Notes under the pieces: model-generated
The model's input: only the letters and a program-made list of their open reading frames with translations
Database searches by the model: none
Told to the model about the DNA's origin: nothing
Made by a program: the position numbers and the translations under genes
From: an uncultured Solirubrobacterales bacterium
GTDB lineage: Bacteria; Actinomycetota; Thermoleophilia; Solirubrobacterales; Solirubrobacteraceae
Length of the DNA stretch: 64,000 bases
Assembly: GCA_963783415.1 (NCBI GenBank)
Contig: CAWANN010000015.1
Coordinates: forward strand, 42,711-106,710
Direction: 5' to 3'
Shown here: one piece after another, positions 58,186 to 64,000 of the stretch
Layout: each line of letters begins with the position of its first letter
Numbering within the stretch: position 1 is the first letter of the stretch

Positions 58186-59136
58186 ATGCAGGATCGAAAC
58201 CTGAACGAGAAGCGCCTCGGCTGGGTGGGTGCGGGCCGCATGGGTCTGGCGCTCGCGACCCGTCTGCTCGACGCCGGGTGCGACGTCGCGGTCTACAACC
58301 GCACGCGGTCGAAGGCCGAGCCGCTGGCCGCGCTCGGCGCGACGATCGTCGATGCGCCGGCGGACCTCGGTGACCGTGACATCGTGTTCACGATCGTCGC
58401 GGGGCCGGCCGACTTCCAGCAGGTGGTCACCGGACCCGAAGGGGTGTTGTCGGGGTCGGGACAGGCGCCGGCGGTCATCGTCGATTCCACGACCGTGTCG
58501 GCGGAGGCGTCCGCCGTCGTGAGGGCCGAGGCCGAGAGGCGCGGGACCGCGCTGCTGGCCGCGCCCGTCAGCGGGAACCCGAAGGTGGTCAAGGCCGGCC
58601 GGCTGACGATGGTCACCTCAGGACCCGAGGAGGCGCATCGCGCGGCGCTGCCCTACCTCGAGATCATGGCCGCGGGCGGCGTGACGTATTGCGGCGACGG
58701 AGACGGCGCCCGGCTGGTCAAGGTGTGCCACAACCTGATGCTCGGGATCGTCGCGCAGACGCTGGCGGAGATCCTCGTGCTCGCCGAGAAGGGCGGCGTG
58801 TCGCGGGCGGACCTGATGGAGTTCCTGAACAACAGCGTGATGGGCTCGACCTTCACCCGCTACAAGACGCCGGCCTACGTCAACCTGGATTTCACGCCGA
58901 CGTTCACCCCCGAGCTCCTGCTCAAGGACTTCGATCTTGGACACCAGGCGGCGCGCGAGCTCGGCGTGCCGATGCCGGTGGCCTCGGCCGCGCAACAGGT
59001 CGTCCAGGCTTTGATCGGCAACGGCTACACCGACGTCGACTTCGCCGCGCTGATCGAGCTCCAGGCCAAGGCGTCGTCGCTCGAGCTCGAGTCCGAGGCC
59101 GCGCCCGTGTCCGATGGGCTGGAGCGCGCCGCGTGA
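58186..59136 (+). CDS. NAD(P)-dependent beta-hydroxyacid dehydrogenase (HIBADH/6PGD-like)
   Basis: GWVGAGRMG, VYNRTRSK, AAPVSG, KVCHN, KDFDL; AGGAG RBS. Confidence 0.9.
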   Translation: MQDRNLNEKRLGWVGAGRMGLALATRLLDAGCDVAVYNRTRSKAEPLAALGATIVDAPADLGDRDIVFTIVAGPADFQQVVTGPEGVLSGSGQAPAVIVDSTTVSAEASAVVRAEAERRGTALLAAPVSGNPKVVKAGRLTMVTSGPEEAHRAALPYLEIMAAGGVTYCGDGDGARLVKVCHNLMLGIVAQTLAEILVLAEKGGVSRADLMEFLNNSVMGSTFTRYKTPAYVNLDFTPTFTPELLLKDFDLGHQAARELGVPMPVASAAQQVVQALIGNGYTDVDFAALIELQAKASSLELESEAAPVSDGLERAA

Positions 59137-60107
59137 CGGTCGACGCCGCGGTCGGCACCGAGGCGCCCGCGGCGTACCTCGAGCGCTACGGGCGGATGCT
59201 CCTGATTCGCCTGTTCGAGACCGAGATGCAGCGGCTGTTCCTGAAGGGCGAGGTCCACGGCACCACCCACCTGTGCGCGGGCCAGGAGGCCGTGCCGGTG
59301 GGGGTCTGCTCGGCGCTCGAGCCCGACGACTACCTCGCCGGGACCTACCGCGGCCACGGCCACGCGCTCGCCAAGGGCACCGACCCCGGCGCGCTGATCG
59401 CGGAGATGCTCGGCCGCGCCACCGGCGTCTGCGCCGGGCGGGCCGGATCGATGAACGTGATCGACATCGAACACGGGTTGGTCGGCTGCTTCGGGATCGT
59501 CGGCGGCAGCATCGCCGCCGCCACCGGCGCCGCGCTCGCCGCCAAGCGCCAGGGCCGCGTCGCGGTCGCGATGTTCGGCGACGGCGCGACTAACCAGGGG
59601 TACTTCCACGAATGCCTGAACTTCGCCAAGGTGTTCTCCCTGCCCGCCGTGTTCGTGTGTGAGAACAACTTCTACGGAGAGTTCACGCCGATGACGGCGG
59701 TGACCGCCGGCCACGACATCGCGGCGCGCGCCGGCGCGTACGGGATCCCCGGCGATGTCGTCGACGGCAACGATGTGTGGGCGGTGCGTGAGGCCGCCGT
59801 CGAGGCCGTCGCACGCGCTCGAAGCGGCTCTGGGCCGACGCTGCTCGAGTGCCAGACATATCGCCATCACGGCCACTCGAAGGCGGACCCGGCGCGCTAC
59901 CGCCCTCCGGAGGAGGTCGAGCGGTGGCTGGCGCGCGACCCGCTCGGGATCGCGCGGGCGCGTCTGGTCGAGCTCGGGGTCGCCGAGTCGGAGATCGACG
60001 AGGTCGAGGAGGCGACCCGCGCCCGGATGGATCGGGCGGTGGAGGCGGCGCTCGCCGCGCCGTACCCCGACCCGCAGGCCGAGCACGCGACGGAGTTCGC
60101 CCCATGA
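59133..60107 (+). CDS. TPP-dependent 2-oxoacid/acetoin dehydrogenase E1 alpha
   Basis: HLCAGQEA, TYRGHGH, FGDGATNQG...ENN, TYRHHGHS. Confidence 0.93.
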   Translation: MTVDAAVGTEAPAAYLERYGRMLLIRLFETEMQRLFLKGEVHGTTHLCAGQEAVPVGVCSALEPDDYLAGTYRGHGHALAKGTDPGALIAEMLGRATGVCAGRAGSMNVIDIEHGLVGCFGIVGGSIAAATGAALAAKRQGRVAVAMFGDGATNQGYFHECLNFAKVFSLPAVFVCENNFYGEFTPMTAVTAGHDIAARAGAYGIPGDVVDGNDVWAVREAAVEAVARARSGSGPTLLECQTYRHHGHSKADPARYRPPEEVERWLARDPLGIARARLVELGVAESEIDEVEEATRARMDRAVEAALAAPYPDPQAEHATEFAP

Positions 60108-61090
60108 CCCTCGAGTTCCGCGCCGCGATCCGCGAGGCGATCATCGAGGAGATGGAGCGCGACCAGTCGGTCGTGTTCTTCGGCGAGGACGTCGCCGCCG
60201 AACAGGGCGGCGTGTTCGCGGTCACGCCCGGCATCCAGGAACGATTCGGATCCGAGCGGGTGTTCGACACGCCGATCTCCGAGCTCGCGCTGGCGGGCGC
60301 GGCGTTCGGCGCCGCCGTCGCCGGCCTGCGCCCGATCATCGAGATCATGTTCGGCGACTTCATGGGGCTGGCGATGGACTCGCTCGTCAACCAATCCGCC
60401 AAGTACTGGTACCTGTCAGCAGAGCAGCGCAGCGTGCCGCTCGTCGTCCGCTCGGCCGTCGGCGGCGGTGGCCGGTTCGGCGCGATCCACTCCCAGACGC
60501 ACGCGACCTGGTTCCAGGGGATCCCCGGGCTGAAGATCGCGTTCCCGTCCTCGCCGGCGGAGGCGAAGGGGCTTCTCAAGGGCGCGATCCGCGACGATAA
60601 CCCGGTGATCTTCCTCGAGCACAAGCGCCTCTACTCGGTCAAGGGTCCAGCTCCCGCGGTCGCCGACGAGGTCATCCCGCTGGGCCGCGCGCGCGTGGCG
60701 CGCTCCGGCAGCGACGTGACGATCGTCTCCGCCGGCAAGGGCGTGCCCGACGCGCTCGAAGCCGCCGAGCAGCTTGCCCGCGGCGGCGTCGAGGCCGAGG
60801 TCATCGACGTGCGCACACTCCGGCCGCTCGATCTCGACACCGTGCTCGAGTCGGTGGCTCGGACCAACCGCCTGCTGGCCGTCGAGGAGGGGCCTCGCAC
60901 CGGGGGCTGGGGATCGGGTTTGCTCGGCCGGGTCGCCGAGCACGGGCTCCACGATCTCGACGACGCCTGGCTGCTCGCCACCGACGAGCTTCCGATCCCC
61001 TACAGCCCGACGCTCGAGGACGCGTTCATCCCAGGCGCCGCCGCGATCGCGGCCGCGGTAGCGGAGCGCGCGGGCATCGCGGTGAGCTGA
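60104..61090 (+). CDS. TPP-dependent dehydrogenase E1 beta
   Basis: FGEDV, DTPISE, EIMFGDF, HSQ, FLEHKRLY, DVRTLRPLD. Confidence 0.93.
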   Translation: MTLEFRAAIREAIIEEMERDQSVVFFGEDVAAEQGGVFAVTPGIQERFGSERVFDTPISELALAGAAFGAAVAGLRPIIEIMFGDFMGLAMDSLVNQSAKYWYLSAEQRSVPLVVRSAVGGGGRFGAIHSQTHATWFQGIPGLKIAFPSSPAEAKGLLKGAIRDDNPVIFLEHKRLYSVKGPAPAVADEVIPLGRARVARSGSDVTIVSAGKGVPDALEAAEQLARGGVEAEVIDVRTLRPLDLDTVLESVARTNRLLAVEEGPRTGGWGSGLLGRVAEHGLHDLDDAWLLATDELPIPYSPTLEDAFIPGAAAIAAAVAERAGIAVS

Positions 61091-61091
61091 C

Positions 61092-62237
61092 ATGCCCGAG
61101 ATCGTGATGCCGCGGTTGTCGGACTCGATGGAGGAGGGCACGATCGTCCGCTGGCTGAAGCAGGACGGCGATGAGGTGTCGAAGGGTGAGCCGCTCGCCG
61201 AGGTCGAGACCGACAAGGCGACCGTCATGTTCGATGCGGACGCCGACGGGACGCTGCGGATCCTCGCCGGCGAGGGCGAGACCGTGGCGATCGGCGGCGT
61301 GATCGGGAGCATCGGCGACGCGCTGCCCCGATCTCCGGCGCCCGCCCAGCCCGGCCCCGCCGCGCCGGCCCCCGCCGCCGCGGGCAAATCATCCGATGCC
61401 GGCAACGGGTCCGACCGCGTCAAGGCATCACCGCTCGCCCGGCGGATCGCGCGCGAATCGGAGGTCGACCTACGCGGGCTGAGCGGCTCCGGTCCCGGCG
61501 GGCGAATCGTCAAGGCTGACGTGCCCAAGCGCGGCGCCAAGGGCGTCGTCACGACCGAGCAGCCCTCCCGCATCCAGGTCCAGATCGCCCAGCGGATGGC
61601 GGAATCCAAGGCGACGATCCCGGACTTCACGCTGCATGCGGAGGTCGCCATGGAGCAGGCGGTCGAGCTTCGCTCGCAGCTGCGCAAGGCGGCGCCTGAC
61701 GGCGGCGCCTTGGCGGTGCCGTCCTACAACGACATGGTGGTCAAGGCGTGCGGGCTCGCGCTGCGCGAGCATCCGCGCGCGAACGCCGCCTACCGCGACG
61801 GCGCGTTCGAGCTGTACGAGCGCGTCAACGTCGGGATCGCGGTCGCGGCGCACGACAGCCTCATCGTCCCGACCGTATTCGACGCCGACCGCAAGTCGTT
61901 GCTCGAGATCGCGCGGGAGACGCGGACGCTCGTCGAGCGCGTCCGGTCACACCAGATCACGCCCGCCGAGCTGTCGGGAGGCACGTTCACGGTGTCCAAC
62001 CTGGGGATGTACGGCGTGGCCGGCTTCGAGGCGATCATCAATCCGCCGCAGGCTGCGATTCTGGCGGTCGGGGAGCTGCAAGAGGTCCCGGTCGTCCGCG
62101 AGCGGCAGGTGGTTCCCGGCTCGCGGATGAGCATCGCGCTCACGTGCGACCACCGGATTCTGTATGGCGCCCCGGCCGCGGAGTTCCTCGCGCGCGTCCG
62201 GCAACTGCTCGAGCAGCCGCTCTACTTGCTCGTCTGA
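61092..62237 (+). CDS. Dihydrolipoamide acyltransferase E2
   Basis: Lipoyl motif EVETDKA, KASPLARR binding domain, TVSNLG, catalytic DHRILYG. Confidence 0.94.
   Translation: MPEIVMPRLSDSMEEGTIVRWLKQDGDEVSKGEPLAEVETDKATVMFDADADGTLRILAGEGETVAIGGVIGSIGDALPRSPAPAQPGPAAPAPAAAGKSSDAGNGSDRVKASPLARRIARESEVDLRGLSGSGPGGRIVKADVPKRGAKGVVTTEQPSRIQVQIAQRMAESKATIPDFTLHAEVAMEQAVELRSQLRKAAPDGGALAVPSYNDMVVKACGLALREHPRANAAYRDGAFELYERVNVGIAVAAHDSLIVPTVFDADRKSLLEIARETRTLVERVRSHQITPAELSGGTFTVSNLGMYGVAGFEAIINPPQAAILAVGELQEVPVVRERQVVPGSRMSIALTCDHRILYGAPAAEFLARVRQLLEQPLYLLV
61688..61711 (+). repeat. In-frame 24-bp core of the REP-like element
   Basis: GGCGGCGCCTGACGGCGGCGCCTT, encoding AAPDGGAL. Confidence 0.75.
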
Positions 62238-63637
62238 TCGGGCAGCCACGGAGCGCGCCAGCCGCCGTGGCCGGCGACCAGCTTGTCCGCCTCCGCGGGT
62301 CCCCACGAGCCCTGCGCGTATGGCTGCACCGGGGGCGGCGAGTCCAGCAGCGGCTCGACGATCCGCCAGCACTCCTCGACGTTGTCCTGCCGGTTGAAAT
62401 AGGCGGCGTCCCCGCACAGCGCCGCGTGGAGCAGCACCTCGTACGGCGTCGCACCCTCGCCGCCCTCCTCGGCGAACTTCACTTCGAAGTCGATCTCGTT
62501 CGCTCCCGGCTTGTCGGCGCGCTCGGCGTCGAGGGTAAGCCGGATCCCGGGCGACGGATCGATCCTGAACACGAGCTGATTCGGCGCCGGCGCGCGGTGA
62601 TCGTGAGGAAGGAAGTGAAGGCGCGGGGGATGCTTGAACACCAGCCGCAGCTCGGTCTCCCTGACCGCGAGGTGCTTGCCGGTCCGGATGTAGAACGGCA
62701 CGCCTTGCCACCGCCAGGAGTCGATGTACAGGCGCAGGGCGGCGTATGTCTCGGTGGTCGAATCCGGCGCGACGCCGTCGGTGTCGCGGTAACCGTCGTA
62801 CTGGCCGCGCACGTAGTGGGACGGGTCGGCGTCCGGCATCGCTCGAAACACGGCTTGTCTGGAATCCTTGATCGTGTCGGGATCGCCGCCGCTCGGCGGG
62901 TCCATCGCCGCCGCGGCGACCACCTGCAGGAGATGGTTGACGACCACGTCCCGCAGCGCCCCGACGGGATCGTAAAAGCGCCCCCGGTCCTCTACCCCGA
63001 AGTCCTCGGCCATCGTGATCTGCACGCACGAGATGTAGTTGCGGTTCCAGACCGGTTCGAGCATCGTGTTCGCGAACCGCAGGTAGACGACTTCCTCGAG
63101 CCCCATCTTCCCGAGGAAGTGGTCGATCCGGTAGATCTGGGACTCGTCGAGGTAGCGATGCAGATCGGCCGCGAGCTCGCGCGCCGACTGGAGGTCGTGC
63201 CCGAACGGCTTCTCGACCACGACGCGCTGTCCGTTCGACACGAGGTTCGCCTTGGCCAAGCCCTCGACCACCGTGGCGAACAGCGATGGCGGAACCTCGA
63301 GGTAGAAAACGGGGTTGTGGCGGTCTCCGAGCGCCTGCGCCAGCTTCGAATACGTCTGGCCCTGGTCGAAGTCGCCGCCGACGTAGAAGAGCCGCCCCGC
63401 GAACCGGTCGAACACGGCTTCGTCGAGGTCCTCGCCGGTCTGCTCGATCGCATCGCGCGCGCGGCGTCGAAGGTCGTCGTCGGTCAAGTCCTGGCGCGCC
63501 ACTCCGAACACCGGGACGTCGAGCAGCCCGCGCGCCTCGAGCCGGTAAAGCGATTGGAACGTCTGCTTCTTGGCCAGGTCGCCGGTGATGCCGAAGATGA
63601 CAAGCGCGTCTCCTTCGCGATCGCTCATCTCCGGCAC
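62222..63637 (-). CDS. zwf: Glucose-6-phosphate 1-dehydrogenase
   Basis: IFGITGDLAKK, VEKPFGHDL, YRIDHFLGK, LRDVVVNHL, RWQGVPFYIRTGK. Confidence 0.96.
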   Translation of the reverse strand: MPEMSDREGDALVIFGITGDLAKKQTFQSLYRLEARGLLDVPVFGVARQDLTDDDLRRRARDAIEQTGEDLDEAVFDRFAGRLFYVGGDFDQGQTYSKLAQALGDRHNPVFYLEVPPSLFATVVEGLAKANLVSNGQRVVVEKPFGHDLQSARELAADLHRYLDESQIYRIDHFLGKMGLEEVVYLRFANTMLEPVWNRNYISCVQITMAEDFGVEDRGRFYDPVGALRDVVVNHLLQVVAAAAMDPPSGGDPDTIKDSRQAVFRAMPDADPSHYVRGQYDGYRDTDGVAPDSTTETYAALRLYIDSWRWQGVPFYIRTGKHLAVRETELRLVFKHPPRLHFLPHDHRAPAPNQLVFRIDPSPGIRLTLDAERADKPGANEIDFEVKFAEEGGEGATPYEVLLHAALCGDAAYFNRQDNVEECWRIVEPLLDSPPPVQPYAQGSWGPAEADKLVAGHGGWRAPWLPDQTSK

Positions 63638-63693
63638 GCTATCGATTACCCGGCGGCGGGCGCGTTCTCAAGATAGGCGGCGGCGCCGCGCAA

Positions 63694-63713
63694 CATGGGG
63701 AGTCCTCCCGATG
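63694..63713. promoter_or_regulatory. Imperfect palindrome, candidate regulator site
   Basis: CATGGGGAG-TC-CTCCCGATG, arms 8/9 complementary. Confidence 0.35.
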
Positions 63714-63778
63714 CCCGCCCGGCAGCGCGCTCGTAGGTTCTGAGGCGATACACGAACCGACCGATCAGGAGGACGTAC

Positions 63779-64000
63779 ATGCCGAGATACATGAAGCAGA
63801 TCACCAAGCGCGCGCTTACCGGAGCTGTGATCCTGGCCGCCGCCGCGCCGTCCGGCGCAGCCGCCAGGCCGTTGTTTGACCCGCCGGGTTCGTCGTATTC
63901 GGGCGGCGTGCCGGCGGTCGAGACCTCCGCGCCGCTGCCGGTGGCGCAGTCGGGGCAGGGGTTCCGGTGGGACGACGCCGGGCTCGGCGCCGCAGGGATG
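63779..64000 (+). CDS. Small secreted/membrane protein, runs off the window
   Basis: AGGAGG RBS, signal peptide (GAVILAAAAPSGAAA), GFRWDDAGLGAAG motif. Confidence 0.65.
   Translation, partial: MPRYMKQITKRALTGAVILAAAAPSGAAARPLFDPPGSSYSGGVPAVETSAPLPVAQSGQGFRWDDAGLGAAGM

Noticed and set aside
1-64000. CRISPR array, cas genes, rRNA
   Set aside because: No repeat-spacer periodicity or recognisable motifs; the periodic repeats found are short coding VNTRs or operator arrays.

Overview
High-GC (about 70%) actinobacterial DNA. Gene content and synteny suggest class Thermoleophilia/Solirubrobacterales (inference). The window has three parts. (1) 1-20.4 kb is an accessory, partly decaying region ending at an integrase remnant next to the 3' end of tRNA-Val(GAC). 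It holds a MalT-like LuxR (LAL) regulator, MFS, SDR/TetR pair, ppk2, SulP, NhaP-type antiporter, a collagen-like secreted protein, an RHH protein with 12-bp-periodic GCTAGC arrays, a frameshifted thioester-domain (TED) adhesin, DUF6325 and an IS-derived MITE-like element. A recurring 17-bp motif TCAYC-N7-GRTGA lies in many of its intergenic regions. (2) 20.5-45 kb is core genome: thrS-infC-rpmI-rplT-TrmH-pheST-argCJBD-[CYTH/CHAD]-argG, two hypotheticals, dnaE, and a beta-PGM-like HAD/GH65 pair. (3) 45.3-62.2 kb is a LacI-controlled catabolic cluster with five TGCAAACGATTGCA-type operators: Liv-type ABC transporter, DHPON-hydrolase-like C-C hydrolase, orphan molybdo-hydroxylase large subunit, atypical M24 enzyme, beta-hydroxyacid dehydrogenase and a TPP-dependent E1a/E1b/E2. 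It is interrupted by a damaged TetR/SnoaL/methyltransferase cassette and followed by zwf. The most striking unexplained signal is a 24-27 bp imperfect-palindromic repeat (GTCGGCGGCGCCTGRCGGCGGCGCCTT) found in frame, in sense orientation, inside three unrelated genes (pheT twice, livG, E2), each time encoding (S)AAP(D/G)GGA(L). No CRISPR array or rRNA was seen. All product calls come from motif recognition by eye, with no database search.
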